Origin: Phycisphaerae bacterium
Lineage (GTDB): Bacteria > Planctomycetota > Phycisphaerae > UBA1845 > CAIVHJ01
NCBI GenBank assembly: GCA_022072405.1
Contig: JAJVHX010000022.1
Span: 22,618-86,617, forward strand
DNA length: 64,000 nucleotides
Direction of reading: 5' to 3'
Both the position numbers and the translations under genes were made by a program. A model generated the notes under the pieces. That model had not been told where the DNA came from. It worked only from the letters and a program-made list of their open reading frames with translations, and searched no databases. Within the stretch, counting starts at the first letter, position 1; each line of letters begins with the position of its first letter. Below, piece after piece: positions 10,286-21,004 of this stretch.

Positions 10286-11683
10286 ATGAGATCATCCTAT
10301 ACATTCATTATCTGCAGCGGGTTGTTACTGGGCTTGGGTGCCTGTTCATCGTCCATCCGCGATGGGGGGGAACAGAATGATAACTCCGGTATGGGCAACC
10401 TGACTGGTGGCGCGTTGGCTGAAATTCTCCAGACGGATGTGGATGAATTGCCCGATGCCATGCCTTTGCCGACCTTTGTGGAATCAGAAGCCGATGGAGC
10501 GGTGACTGGTGAACCCGGTGTGGATGATGGTGGTGGTAATACGGGTGAGACCGTATTAGGCCCGGTCACTACCTTGACGCTGACACCGAACGCCATTAAA
10601 TCCGCCACCAACCAGGTCATCCGCCAGATAGAAGAAGCAAGTGGTCAGGCAGCACTGGTGGTTGATTGTACTGGCAATTTTCCCTATCGATCAATTCAAT
10701 CCGCCATTGATGAGGCCACCGAAGACAATATCGTTGTGATCCTGCCCAGCGACCGTTGTTCCGGTGGTGCTTACTTTGAGAACATTGATTTCCTGGACAA
10801 AAACATCACTCTGCAAAGCCTATATCCCACGAAAGCCAAGATCGTCAACAGCACGATTATTAACGGTAGCTTTAACGGTCCGGTCGTAGCGATCGGTGCC
10901 GCCACGACGGATAGCGGAGCCAATTTGCGTAACGATTTTCAGGATTCATCGGACATTCCGCAATTGAAAGGCTTGACTATAACCAATGCCAACGGCAGCG
11001 GAATTATCTGTCAGGGGGGTCCTGTACTGATCGAACGCTGCAAAATTGAAAGCAATATTGGTGCGGAACTGGGCGGTGGTGTACTGGTTGAGGATGGCGC
11101 TGACTTAACCCTTTTCCACACCACCATTGCCAATAACAGCGCCACATTTGGCGCCGGTCTGGCGGCACTGCCGGGCAGCAGCGTGCAGATGACCAATTGC
11201 GTGATCACCAAAAATTCCGCCGGCCTGAGCGGTGGTGCGGTTTATGGCGCCGGAGCGGAAATAAGCATCGACAATTGCACGGTAACGCGAAATTCCGGTG
11301 GCGAGAGCGGCGGCGGCTTCTATTTTAACGAGGCCAGCCAGCCAGCCATCAATAGCAGCATCGTCTGGGAAAACGTCTCACCGGACGCCAACTCCATGGT
11401 AATTGCAGATGCAGATTCCAGTGTCAGCGTCAGTTATTCTGCCATTGAAGGTGGAGCAGCGAATGTCGAGTTGCTGGAGGATGGCTCCAGTGGCGCATTG
11501 CAATGGGGCTCGGGTAATATCATCTCCAATCCCAAGCTTTCCGGCGACGGTGTTCATCTGCAATCCGGATCGCCCTGTATCGACAAAGGCGATCCGATGG
11601 CGCCAACCACGCTATCCGATCTGGATGGCCAGCAGCGCACCAACGCCAAACGAATTGATATCGGGGCTGACGAACTCATGTAA
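10286..11683 (+). CDS. Secreted lipoprotein with right-handed parallel beta-helix repeats (pectate-lyase-fold / choice-of-anchor-Q-like)
   Basis: Signal peptide plus lipobox LLLGLGAC. Repeated beta-helix coil motifs (ITNANGSGIICQGG, IESNIGAELGGGVLV, IANNSATFGAGLA, ITKNSAGLSGGAVYG, VTRNSGGESGGGFYF). Confidence 0.7.
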   Translation: MRSSYTFIICSGLLLGLGACSSSIRDGGEQNDNSGMGNLTGGALAEILQTDVDELPDAMPLPTFVESEADGAVTGEPGVDDGGGNTGETVLGPVTTLTLTPNAIKSATNQVIRQIEEASGQAALVVDCTGNFPYRSIQSAIDEATEDNIVVILPSDRCSGGAYFENIDFLDKNITLQSLYPTKAKIVNSTIINGSFNGPVVAIGAATTDSGANLRNDFQDSSDIPQLKGLTITNANGSGIICQGGPVLIERCKIESNIGAELGGGVLVEDGADLTLFHTTIANNSATFGAGLAALPGSSVQMTNCVITKNSAGLSGGAVYGAGAEISIDNCTVTRNSGGESGGGFYFNEASQPAINSSIVWENVSPDANSMVIADADSSVSVSYSAIEGGAANVELLEDGSSGALQWGSGNIISNPKLSGDGVHLQSGSPCIDKGDPMAPTTLSDLDGQQRTNAKRIDIGADELM

Positions 11684-11725
11684 ATCCGGTCTCGTCTGGC
11701 ACCTATCGTGATATACCTATCTTCG

Positions 11726-13174
11726 CTACCCGGCGATCAGGTGGACCAGTTCGTTGACGGTGGCTTTGACCGCCTGGGCTTGCGTGTTCATTTCTGCTGC
11801 TGCCGCAGAGGTTTCCTCGGCTCCGGCGGCGTTGGATTGCGTGGATTGATCAATCTGCGAAACCGCCTGATTGATTTGTGCAACGCCCTGGGCCTGCTCA
11901 TCGGTTGCACGGGCAATACCATCAATCAACTGTGTCATTCTGGTTACATCACTGATTATCTGCGCTAAAACTTTAGCGACCGACTGTGCAACCTGTGAAC
12001 CTTCCGCCGCTTTATTTACGGAATCTTCAATCAGACTGGTCGTTTCCCGGGCGGCCTGCGCTGCCCGTTGAGCCAGATTACGCACTTCATCAGCCACCAC
12101 GGCAAATCCCTTTCCGTGTTCACCAGCTCGAGCAGCTTCCACGGCGGCATTAAGTGCCAGCAAATTGGTTTGAAAGGCGATTTCCTCAATCACCTTGATG
12201 ATTTTACTGATCTTATCAGATGAAGTGTTGATCTCGGCCATAGCCGTGTTGAGCTGAACAATCGTTTTGTCACTTTGCTGAGCGGCCTGCATGGCATGAC
12301 TGGCAAGATCATTGGCGTTACGGGCGTTCTCGGCACTGGTTTGCGTCATGGCTGACATCTCGTCCAGTGCGCCGAGGGTATTCTGCAGGGAACCCGCTTG
12401 TTCGGTAGCACATTCAGCCAGCTTGTGTGAAGCATCCTGCAACTGCATGGCTGCGTCATTCACCTGTTCGGCTCCCTGATTAAGGGTGGTGGCAACATGT
12501 TGCATCCGCGTCATCGTTCCGCGTATGGTAATAATGCCGAAACCAATAATAAAACCAGTAATCAACACAGCCAGGCTGATCAGCAACAACGTCCGCTGAC
12601 TCATGATCTGTTGGGCGCGAGATTCATCCTGTTGATTCCGTTCTAAGGCCATTGACACCACCGCGTCAATACTCGTTCGATGAACATCGTAAAGTTGCTT
12701 GAAAGTACTGTTCATTAGCTCGGTCGCCAGCGCGGTGTTACCTGCTTGAATCGCTGGTATGAATTTCTCTTTCTGCAGACGATAGAATTCCACAACCGGC
12801 TGGTAGGAATCCGTCAACAGGATGTCCTTCATCTTGCCAGGGTCCAGATCCTTCTGCCAATACTCATGACGCGTATCGTAGTCTTTTTCCAGCATAGCTG
12901 ATCGTTCGATCAGTTTATGCAGCTGTTTCGGATCCTTTTCATGCAGCATCTGAAACATTACCAGGTAGGATTCAATGATGTATTCCGGAGGGGGGAGAAC
13001 ATCAGCGATCAAATCCTTGCTTTGCACAATGTCCTGATAGATTGGACCTTTGATTCTGATAATACGGATCATATCAAAGGCAAAAAATCCGAATATCACC
13101 AGACCGATCAATTGAACCGTCATAAGAATGTACATGCGACGTTGCAGATTAAAATTGGATGTTGAAGTAGACAT
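11726..13174 (-). CDS. Methyl-accepting chemotaxis protein (intact; TM, sensor, TM, HAMP, MCP domain)
   Basis: Two TMs and the MCP signalling motif [37 protein letters not shown], nearly identical to the interrupted MCP. Confidence 0.9.
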   Translation of the reverse strand: MSTSTSNFNLQRRMYILMTVQLIGLVIFGFFAFDMIRIIRIKGPIYQDIVQSKDLIADVLPPPEYIIESYLVMFQMLHEKDPKQLHKLIERSAMLEKDYDTRHEYWQKDLDPGKMKDILLTDSYQPVVEFYRLQKEKFIPAIQAGNTALATELMNSTFKQLYDVHRTSIDAVVSMALERNQQDESRAQQIMSQRTLLLISLAVLITGFIIGFGIITIRGTMTRMQHVATTLNQGAEQVNDAAMQLQDASHKLAECATEQAGSLQNTLGALDEMSAMTQTSAENARNANDLASHAMQAAQQSDKTIVQLNTAMAEINTSSDKISKIIKVIEEIAFQTNLLALNAAVEAARAGEHGKGFAVVADEVRNLAQRAAQAARETTSLIEDSVNKAAEGSQVAQSVAKVLAQIISDVTRMTQLIDGIARATDEQAQGVAQINQAVSQIDQSTQSNAAGAEETSAAAAEMNTQAQAVKATVNELVHLIAG

Positions 13175-13355
13175 ATTTTCTCACTAACTTGAAATGGAAT
13201 TCAAATTACTTGACTACGTGTATACAAATTCGGACAAATTATGATTAGTATCAAGTAATATGAATGGATGAACATGGAAATGTGCTGATTAGAGTAGAGA
13301 GAATTTAATAAATCCACTAGCCATCATTTACCAAAAATGAATTACCATCACAGTA

Positions 13356-16300
13356 TCAGATCTTGTTTGTGGATTTATTATCGGGTTTTGAGTAAATCAG
13401 CCAGTAAGCGACGGGAATGACCAGTAACGTAAAGAAAGTCGAGGCGATCAAACCGAAAATCAGCGCCCAGGCCAGACCGGAAAAGATCGGATCAATCGCA
13501 ATCGGTGCGGCAGAAAGCAATGCCGTACCCGCGGTCAATAGAATAGGGCGTAATCGAACTACGCGGCTTTCCATGATCGCTTCAAACAGAGTACGCCCGC
13601 GACTCTGAGCGAGGTGTATAAAATCCACCAGGATGATGGCATCGCGGATGACTATCCCCGCCAATGCAATCATGCCGATCATGCCCGTAGCGGTAAAGAA
13701 TATCGGATTGGCATATCCACCCGCCATGCCGCCGGCGATCAGATTCAACATCCAGAATCCAGGCATGATACCCAGCACGGAAAGCGGAATGGCCAGCATA
13801 ACCACCATCGGCAGCAGGAACGAACCGGTTTGCGCCACCAGCAGGATATAGATGGCCAGCAGCGCGGCGGCAAATGCCAAACCCAGATCACGAAATACGT
13901 CGAGCGTGATTTTCCATTCGCCCTCACCGGCAAAATCAACCCGGAAACCATCATTTAGTTGCCAGGGGAGATGGCTGCCATTTTTCAGAAAGGTTCGTCC
14001 AGCCAGCGGTCGGGAATCCGTAGTCATTGTCCAACCTGCTGAATTTACAAAACGCGGATCGTTGTCGCTGGCTTGACTGATGTGATGGTCGACGGGAACC
14101 TGGTCGGCCAGAATATCAACCACCGCTTCCGCAGGAGCCCGCCCAACCGTTTCCGCAAAAACATAAACCACGCGTTGCAGATTCTTGTGATAGATCGTCT
14201 GGTTGATCTGTTCCTCTCGCCATTGACCCAGTTCTGCCAGGGGAATTAACTGCTGCTCAGAACCCTTGAAAAACAACTGTAGCAGGTCCTGCCGACTGGA
14301 GCGCAGCGCCTGCGGCAGACGGAGCAGGATATTCAACGGTTGACGTTCCGCCGATTCATGAAGTTGTCCGGCGATATATCCACCTACAGCCAATTGCAGC
14401 GTCTGGGCAATTTCACTGCTCGTCAAACCATGCAGTGCCGCCTTCTCCAGATCGGTAACAAACCGCCAGCGAGTCTGACCGGCTTCACGGATGTCATCCA
14501 CTTCGGCGGTGCGCGGCTCGGCAGCCACACGCTGACGCACAATTTCAGCCGCAGCCAATAACTGGGCGTAACTGTGGTCCGGTCGCCCATAGATTTCCGC
14601 GACCAGGGTGGCGATCACCGGCGGACCGGGAGGCGTTTCCACGATGCGCAAGACCGCTCCATGCCGGGTCGCAATCGCCGTGAGCTCGTCGCGCCACGCC
14701 AATCCCAGCGCATGACTTTGTGAGGTGCGACTTTTCTTGCCAACCAGGTTGACCCGGATTTCTGCTACATTAGCGCCCTGTCGAAGGTAATAATGACGCA
14801 CCAGGCCATTGAAATCCATCGGCGAAGCAATACCCACGTAGCTGATCAGATCGACAACCTCGGCTCGCTGACTGAGGTATTCCTCCAGATCGCGGATGGC
14901 GGCATCGTTGCGTTCGAGCGTGGTGCCTTCATCAAAATCCAGCACCAGCAGCAGCTCATTCTTATTGTCAAAGGGCAGCATTTTCAAAGGGACATGGCGC
15001 GTCGCCGCCAGACCACCCGCCGCCATAGTCATTAGCGCAATGACTACGAGAAACAAGAGTGAACGACGGCGCGTTTTAAGAATGGCAGCCATCATCGGAT
15101 AGAAAAACCGATACAACCGGCTTTGACGTATTGCTGTGGTATCGTGCGGATCAGTCACCGGGTCGGCCTGAGCAGGGGAGTCGTAGCGTTTCCGTAGCAG
15201 GTGGTAACTCAGCCATGGCGTAATCATAAAAGCCACCACCATCGACATCAGCATGGCTACCGGCACATTAAGAGCCATCGGCCTCATGTAAGGACCCATC
15301 ATTCCGGTGATAAAAAACATGGGTAGAAACGAAACAATAACTGCCAGCGTCGCAGTGATCAGCGGAGGGCGGATTTCCGCCACCGCTTCCATGACGATCT
15401 CCCGGGTGGCACGGCGGTGCAGACTGAAATGGCGGGTAATATTTTCCACATCGACAATCGGATCATCTACCAGCAGACCCAGTGACAAAATCAGTGCAAA
15501 TAGCGTGACCCGGTTAATGGTGTAACCGAACAACAGATTGATCAGCAGAGTCATCCCAAAAACGACGGGTACTGCAACCGCCACAATCAGTGCTTCCCGC
15601 CACCCCAGTCCCAGCGTCAGCAGGGCGATGACGATGAAGATGGCCACCGCCAGTGCTTCCACCAGTTCGTTGACTTTTTCGTTGGCGGTCAGTCCATAAT
15701 TCCGGGTAATGACCAGATCGATATCACTGGGAACGATTTCCGTCCGCAGTTGCTCGACCCGGTTTAATATTTCCTCCGCTACCCAGACCGCGTTAGTGCC
15801 TTTTTTCTTGGCGAGGGCGATTGTTACCGCCGGTAGACTGATCGACGGATCAGCAGTAGGCAAAGTTGACCCGATCACCTGGCCGGGGAAATGCGTTTCT
15901 GCCTCGAACCCCTGCGACGGACCCCAGCGATGACGTACATAATACGCCGCCTCCGCCGGCCCATCCACCACTTCCGCTACATCCTTCAACAGCACCGGCC
16001 GATCATCTCGTATGCCTATCACCAGTTCCCGTAACTGCACGACTTCGACTAGAGACTTCCCGGCTTCAATATTGATCCGCCGATCTTCGCGGCTGATCTC
16101 ACCGGCGGGCAGAGTGTAATTAGCACCCTGAATTGCTCGGGCTACTTCCAATGGCGTCGCCTGGTAACCCGCCAGCCGGAGCGGATCCAGCTCGATATGG
16201 ATAACACGCGGCTGACCGCCCACAATCTGGGTTCGCGACAGATTTTCAATATCAGCCAGACGAGCACTCAGTTCCTCCGCCACCCGCCGCAAAGCGAATT

Positions 16301-16781
16301 CATCGGACGAAGCACTGGTCAGCGTCAGCATGACTATCGGTACATCGTCGATTTCTACCGGTTTAACCACCCAGCCGGTGACCCCGTCTGGTACCTGGTC
16401 GATATGTTCGTCAATCCGCTTGTAGATTTTGACCAGGCTGCGCTCGCGATCCTCACCCACCCGGAACCGCACGGTGATGACTGCCTGATGATCGTGTGAC
16501 ATCGAATACACATATTCCACACCATCAATCTGATACAGCAGTTTTTCCAGCGGCGTGGTGACGAGTTGTTCCACTTCGCGCGCCGAATGGCCGGGAAACT
16601 GCACATAGACATCCGCCAGCGGCACGACAATCTGCGGATCTTCCTCGCGGGGCGTGATCAACAACGCCACGATCCCCAACGCCGCCGCCAGCAGCATCAT
16701 AATCAGCGACAGGTTGGAGTGGAGGAACGCGTGAATAATCGCACTGGTCCAGCCGGTGGGTTGCTCAAGCCTGGTGGACAT
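13356..16781 (-). CDS. Efflux RND transporter permease (AcrB/CzcA superfamily), 1141 aa
   Basis: 12-TM RND topology with two large periplasmic loops. Length and conserved TM4/TM10 regions fit the family. Sits in an operon with an MFP and an ArsR regulator. Confidence 0.88.
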   Translation of the reverse strand: MSTRLEQPTGWTSAIIHAFLHSNLSLIMMLLAAALGIVALLITPREEDPQIVVPLADVYVQFPGHSAREVEQLVTTPLEKLLYQIDGVEYVYSMSHDHQAVITVRFRVGEDRERSLVKIYKRIDEHIDQVPDGVTGWVVKPVEIDDVPIVMLTLTSASSDEFALRRVAEELSARLADIENLSRTQIVGGQPRVIHIELDPLRLAGYQATPLEVARAIQGANYTLPAGEISREDRRINIEAGKSLVEVVQLRELVIGIRDDRPVLLKDVAEVVDGPAEAAYYVRHRWGPSQGFEAETHFPGQVIGSTLPTADPSISLPAVTIALAKKKGTNAVWVAEEILNRVEQLRTEIVPSDIDLVITRNYGLTANEKVNELVEALAVAIFIVIALLTLGLGWREALIVAVAVPVVFGMTLLINLLFGYTINRVTLFALILSLGLLVDDPIVDVENITRHFSLHRRATREIVMEAVAEIRPPLITATLAVIVSFLPMFFITGMMGPYMRPMALNVPVAMLMSMVVAFMITPWLSYHLLRKRYDSPAQADPVTDPHDTTAIRQSRLYRFFYPMMAAILKTRRRSLLFLVVIALMTMAAGGLAATRHVPLKMLPFDNKNELLLVLDFDEGTTLERNDAAIRDLEEYLSQRAEVVDLISYVGIASPMDFNGLVRHYYLRQGANVAEIRVNLVGKKSRTSQSHALGLAWRDELTAIATRHGAVLRIVETPPGPPVIATLVAEIYGRPDHSYAQLLAAAEIVRQRVAAEPRTAEVDDIREAGQTRWRFVTDLEKAALHGLTSSEIAQTLQLAVGGYIAGQLHESAERQPLNILLRLPQALRSSRQDLLQLFFKGSEQQLIPLAELGQWREEQINQTIYHKNLQRVVYVFAETVGRAPAEAVVDILADQVPVDHHISQASDNDPRFVNSAGWTMTTDSRPLAGRTFLKNGSHLPWQLNDGFRVDFAGEGEWKITLDVFRDLGLAFAAALLAIYILLVAQTGSFLLPMVVMLAIPLSVLGIMPGFWMLNLIAGGMAGGYANPIFFTATGMIGMIALAGIVIRDAIILVDFIHLAQSRGRTLFEAIMESRVVRLRPILLTAGTALLSAAPIAIDPIFSGLAWALIFGLIASTFFTLLVIPVAYWLIYSKPDNKSTNKI

Positions 16782-16783
16782 CT

Positions 16784-17887
16784 TCAGCTCTCCTGATCAT
16801 CTGGATGTTGTGGCAGAGCTATCTGCTCACCGGCCTGTAAACCGGAAAGCACTTCATACACCCGCTGATCATGCAGGAGATTCCCCAATTGCAGAATACG
16901 AAGTTGTGCCCGTCCATCACTGATGACCGTGACCAGCTTCAATTGCCCGACTTGTTGCACGGCTGCTTCAGGCACGACAGTCAGCTTCTGAACGTCGAGT
17001 GGGATCAGTAATCGTCCGAACATGCCGGGATAAACACCTGGAGGGCAGGGCCCCGCCACTTTGACCAGAAATGTTCTACTGGCCGCCTGGGCTTGAGGGA
17101 CGATCTCCACGATCTGCCCCTGGCATTGTTTATTGAAGGCTTCGAGTGTAACGTTGATCGGGTCACCGACCCGCAGGCGCTGAGCGAGTGATTCACGGAC
17201 ATTGGCCACCAGTTGCATCCGCGTGGCGTCATATAATCGCATAACCACCTGACCGGGGGTAACCGTATCACCGACTTCCACCAGGGTATCGATGATGACG
17301 CCGTCCATCGGTGATCGGATCACTGAATAATCCAGGATGGTCTGCGCTTCACGCAGCAGTTGTTCAGCTCGTTCCAGTTCAGCCGTCGTGGCGCGGAGCC
17401 GGCTGGTGCTGTTATCCATTTCCATCTGCGGCGCCTGGCCCGCATTAAACAACTGTTGCACTCGATTAAAGTCGATCTGAGCCAGATCACGGGCGGCTGA
17501 TGCTGCCTGAACCGCCGCCAGAGCCTGAGCCCGTCTCGCCTGCAGGTCCAGATCATCCAGACGCACCAGCAGTTCACCCTCTTGCACTTGCTGACCGGCG
17601 GTAATCGGCATCTCCAGAACACGGGCCAGCAAGCGCGAAGCCACAGCGGTTTCCCGTACCGCCTGAACCGTACCCACCGCTGATTCAACACGTGGTAAAG
17701 TCAATTCTTCGATCACCTGCGTTGGACCGTTATAGCGCTGTGGTTCATGGGCTATGACCGGTTTTATTTTGCGATGCCAATTGCCCATCAACCAGGTCAT
17801 CAGCAGAACAATCACCGTCAAAAAAATCAGGCTGGTCAGTAACGTCTTCCAGATCGCGCTGCGACTGCGGGGTGAAGAGGTGCTCAT
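16784..17887 (-). CDS. Efflux RND periplasmic adaptor (membrane fusion protein, HlyD family)
   Basis: N-terminal TM, coiled-coil hairpin and beta-barrel regions. Stop is 2 bp from the RND start. Confidence 0.8.
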   Translation of the reverse strand: MSTSSPRSRSAIWKTLLTSLIFLTVIVLLMTWLMGNWHRKIKPVIAHEPQRYNGPTQVIEELTLPRVESAVGTVQAVRETAVASRLLARVLEMPITAGQQVQEGELLVRLDDLDLQARRAQALAAVQAASAARDLAQIDFNRVQQLFNAGQAPQMEMDNSTSRLRATTAELERAEQLLREAQTILDYSVIRSPMDGVIIDTLVEVGDTVTPGQVVMRLYDATRMQLVANVRESLAQRLRVGDPINVTLEAFNKQCQGQIVEIVPQAQAASRTFLVKVAGPCPPGVYPGMFGRLLIPLDVQKLTVVPEAAVQQVGQLKLVTVISDGRAQLRILQLGNLLHDQRVYEVLSGLQAGEQIALPQHPDDQES

Positions 17888-17902
17888 TAAAGGTACTCCA
17901 CG

Positions 17903-18253
17903 CTATTCCGTTGCCGGAGCAGTGACTGCCGGGCAACCGGCTCCGTGCCGCCGGATGCAGCCCAACAGGGTCACCGCATTGGGATTGATCACATGATAGA
18001 TTACCTGCCGGCCGCAACGCCGCGGCTCCACAATACCCTGGGCCCGCATCAAGCCCAGGTGCTGACTGACCGCCGCCTGGCCCATCTGCAAGGTGACGGC
18101 CAGATCCTTCACCGGGCGGGGCTGATGGTTCAGCAGCTCCACCAGGCGCAGCCGTTGCGGGTGGGCCAGCACCCGCAGCACCGCCGCCACCTGCACCAGA
18201 TGTTCCGCGGGAATCAGCGCTGCCGGAGCGGACGATTTATTTTTATATCTCAT
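17903..18253 (-). CDS. ArsR/SmtB-family winged-helix transcriptional regulator, first gene of the RND operon
   Basis: HTH LRLVELLNHQPRPVKDLAVTLQMGQAAVSQHLGLMRAQGIV characteristic of ArsR family. Confidence 0.8.
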   Translation of the reverse strand: MRYKNKSSAPAALIPAEHLVQVAAVLRVLAHPQRLRLVELLNHQPRPVKDLAVTLQMGQAAVSQHLGLMRAQGIVEPRRCGRQVIYHVINPNAVTLLGCIRRHGAGCPAVTAPATE

Positions 18254-18290
18254 ATCATCATTATATCATAATATCATGATATATAAAGAC
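18251..18290. promoter_or_regulatory. AT-rich operator/promoter immediately upstream of the arsR-family gene. Three direct ATATCAT repeats and an inverted repeat TATATCAT-N6-ATGATATA (8-bp core palindrome ATCATGAT)
   Basis: Sequence catatcatcattatatcataatatcatgatatataaag sits directly at the arsR start codon. ArsR-family repressors bind dyad operators overlapping their own promoters. Confidence 0.5.
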
Positions 18291-18317
18291 GGATAGCTGG
18301 CAGCCGGACACCGGATA

Positions 18318-19280
18318 TCAGGAAACGGAGGAGTGCAGCAGGACCAGGCTGGCACCAGCCACTGCCAGTAGCAGCGCCAGGGCTTTGCGTCCGGAAAAGG
18401 CTTCTTTGAGCAGCAGGGTAGCCAGGAGGATGGCAAAGATCGTGGAGGTCTGGTTGAGCAGGGCTGCTTTACCGGAAGCCGCCCATTTGAATCCGGCGAT
18501 CCACAGCAGCAGACTGATATACGTGCCCAGCACCGCACCGGGCAGGGCGGATCTCCAGATCGCCCGCGGCTTGAACACGGCAAAATCCACACGTCGTACA
18601 GGGGTACAGAGCAGTCCGGCAGCCAGTACCAGAGTACCAGCACCTAAACGGATGATGGCGGCCCAGAGCAGCGGAAAATCATGGGTTTTCGGATCGATGA
18701 TGGGTTTCACCATGACAATACCCCACGCCATCAGCGCCATGGCCAGCGCCCCGAGCAAGACCCCTTCCAACACCTGTCGCCGGGTCCGATTGGGTGGTGG
18801 CGCATGACGCGAGCTGATGAAAACAGCCGACAGGATCAAGAGTGCGCCGATGTAGTCCAGCGGGAGCAACCGTTCGTTCGGCAGATAAAAATAAGCAATC
18901 AGGATCACAAAAGGGCTGTATAAACAATCGACGATCGCCACCAGACCGACCCCGAGACGATTCAAAGCCGCAAAAAAAATAGTGTCCGCTATGGCGATAC
19001 CGATCACGCCGCTGAACGCCAATATGAGCAGATCATAAGTCGATTGTCCGGTGAGCGATCCCGCCTGTTCGGGAGCGAACCACCATAAGCATCCCATGCT
19101 CACGAGCATCAACAACAGACCGACGCAGTTCTTAAATAGGTTCAGAGCGGTTGGCGGAATGGATTCACCACAGCGTTTGAAAAATATCAACGCGAAGGCC
19201 CAGGAAACGGCGGTCAGCAGGGCGCAGATTTCACCAAAATAAGCCCCCATCATTGCGTCTGCACTTTCTGAAAACGGCAT
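18318..19280 (-). CDS. DMT-superfamily (EamA-like) 10-TM transporter
   Basis: Ten hydrophobic helices in a 5+5 duplicated arrangement typical of EamA. Confidence 0.7.
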   Translation of the reverse strand: MPFSESADAMMGAYFGEICALLTAVSWAFALIFFKRCGESIPPTALNLFKNCVGLLLMLVSMGCLWWFAPEQAGSLTGQSTYDLLILAFSGVIGIAIADTIFFAALNRLGVGLVAIVDCLYSPFVILIAYFYLPNERLLPLDYIGALLILSAVFISSRHAPPPNRTRRQVLEGVLLGALAMALMAWGIVMVKPIIDPKTHDFPLLWAAIIRLGAGTLVLAAGLLCTPVRRVDFAVFKPRAIWRSALPGAVLGTYISLLLWIAGFKWAASGKAALLNQTSTIFAILLATLLLKEAFSGRKALALLLAVAGASLVLLHSSVS

Positions 19281-19410
19281 GAAACTAATACAGAATCAGT
19301 CATCCTACATCAGCCTGTAGTAAATTGCGATTCAACGGATGATTCATTTTTCAATCCGGCTCGGTTAAACTGCATACACAACGATCCTGTCCGCAGCATA
19401 TTAAATTGGA

Positions 19411-20238
19411 ATGTTCATAATCACATTCGACAAGGTGAGGTTGGTGATGGTGGAAATCAGCGTGGAACTGCAACCGATACTTATCCGCTATCTTCTGGCG
19501 ATGGCGGATGACAAATTATTTCTGGGTCATCGCAACAGCGACTGGACCGGGCTGGGACCGTTTCTGGAAGAGGATATCGCCTTTTCCAATCTGGCCCAGG
19601 ACGAGCTCGCTCATGCTCAGGAAATTTACCGCCTGATCGTCCGGCTGGAAAAGAACGGGGCGATGGAACCACTGGCGACGAATCAACTCGCCTTCGGTCG
19701 ACCGGCGGAGCAGCGTTATAACGCGCAACTGGTGGAATTGCCGGATGACTTCAACTGGGCGATCGCCATTACTCGTCAATGGCTGTTCGATCATTACGAC
19801 CAGTTACGACTGACTCATCTGCAGAATTCCGGCTACCGTCCTTTGGCGGATTTGTCGGGTAAAATGCTGCAGGAAGTCAATTTTCATGTGGAATATTTTG
19901 ACGGCTGGATGGAGAAACTGGGTAACGGAACCACATTGTCGCTAGAGCGCCTGCAGGCAGCGCTGCAGCTACTCTGGCCGGCGGCACTGGCGCTGTTTGA
20001 ACCCATCGCCGATCAAGCCCGGCTTCGACAGGCCGGTTGGGTTCCACTCGATGAGCAGAAAATGTGCAATTTATGGCGAGAACGCCTGACGACAGTGATG
20101 AGTAAAGCCCGTCTGGTAATGCCCCGCGACTCCACCGATTTTCACGGGGGACGAAAAGGGGAGCATAGCAGCCATCTGGCGGAACTGATTTCGGAAATGA
20201 GTGAAGTATTTCAAGTGGAACCTGAAGCCGCCTGGTAG
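19411..20238 (+). CDS. PaaC-like ferritin-fold protein (phenylacetyl-CoA epoxidase structural-subunit family)
   Basis: Resembles PaaC N-terminal region (ADDKLFLGHRNSDWTGLGPFLEEDIAFSNLAQDELAHAQ...) and length of about 270 aa. Confidence 0.5.
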   Translation: MFIITFDKVRLVMVEISVELQPILIRYLLAMADDKLFLGHRNSDWTGLGPFLEEDIAFSNLAQDELAHAQEIYRLIVRLEKNGAMEPLATNQLAFGRPAEQRYNAQLVELPDDFNWAIAITRQWLFDHYDQLRLTHLQNSGYRPLADLSGKMLQEVNFHVEYFDGWMEKLGNGTTLSLERLQAALQLLWPAALALFEPIADQARLRQAGWVPLDEQKMCNLWRERLTTVMSKARLVMPRDSTDFHGGRKGEHSSHLAELISEMSEVFQVEPEAAW

Positions 20239-20270
20239 TGAGTGGGCGGGTCTCCAATCCGGGGATATAA

Positions 20271-20780
20271 TTGATTATGATATCTATGGCAGACCATGAG
20301 CCGCTCGTGCAGGATTGCTGGCAACAGTTGGCTACTATCGATGATCCGGAGATGCCGATCAACATCGTCGATCTGGGTATGATTGTGGCTTTGCGCCTGG
20401 AATCGCATCGTCTGTTAGTTCAACTGACACCCACCTATACCGGTTGCACAGCCTTGCCCATGATCGACGACCTGATCCGCCAGCGGCTGGCTAAGGTGGT
20501 CATCGATCGACCGGTCGAAGTGGAACACGTATTCGATCCCCCTTGGACGGCAGCGCGGATCAGCACAGCCGGCAAGGAACGATTACGTCAGCATGGCGTA
20601 ACGGTTGGCGATCCGCAGCGGGTGCAACTGCAGATCGCCGGACGTGATCTGGTCAGTTGTCCTTATTGTCAGTCAACCGATACCTACCTCGATTCACCAT
20701 TCGGTCCAACTCGTTGTCGGACCATCCATTATTGTCGCCACTGCCGCAATTCCTTTGAACAGATCAAATCGGCTGTTTGA
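20271..20780 (+). CDS. PaaD-like protein: DUF59/MIP18-family domain plus C-terminal Cys4 zinc ribbon
   Basis: DUF59 signature DDPEMPINIVDLGMIV, and C-terminal CPYC...CRHC. Confidence 0.6.
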   Translation: MIMISMADHEPLVQDCWQQLATIDDPEMPINIVDLGMIVALRLESHRLLVQLTPTYTGCTALPMIDDLIRQRLAKVVIDRPVEVEHVFDPPWTAARISTAGKERLRQHGVTVGDPQRVQLQIAGRDLVSCPYCQSTDTYLDSPFGPTRCRTIHYCRHCRNSFEQIKSAV

Positions 20781-21004
20781 GAGGATTTGACGGCATTTCC
20801 TGGATTCTTAATAGTGATGTGGGCGTTGATCTTCCTGCCGTTGGCAGCCCGTGCGGATTCTGCTATAAATACCCTTCTGGCTGTCGCCGGAAAATATCAT
20901 CGCGCGTGTCGTAGTTTCATAGCTGTTTATGAAAGAGTGTTTTAGTCTCTGATGGCGGTCTGCCTGGCTGGCTGCTCATCGTCCAAGATGGAAGGATTCC
21001 TTCA

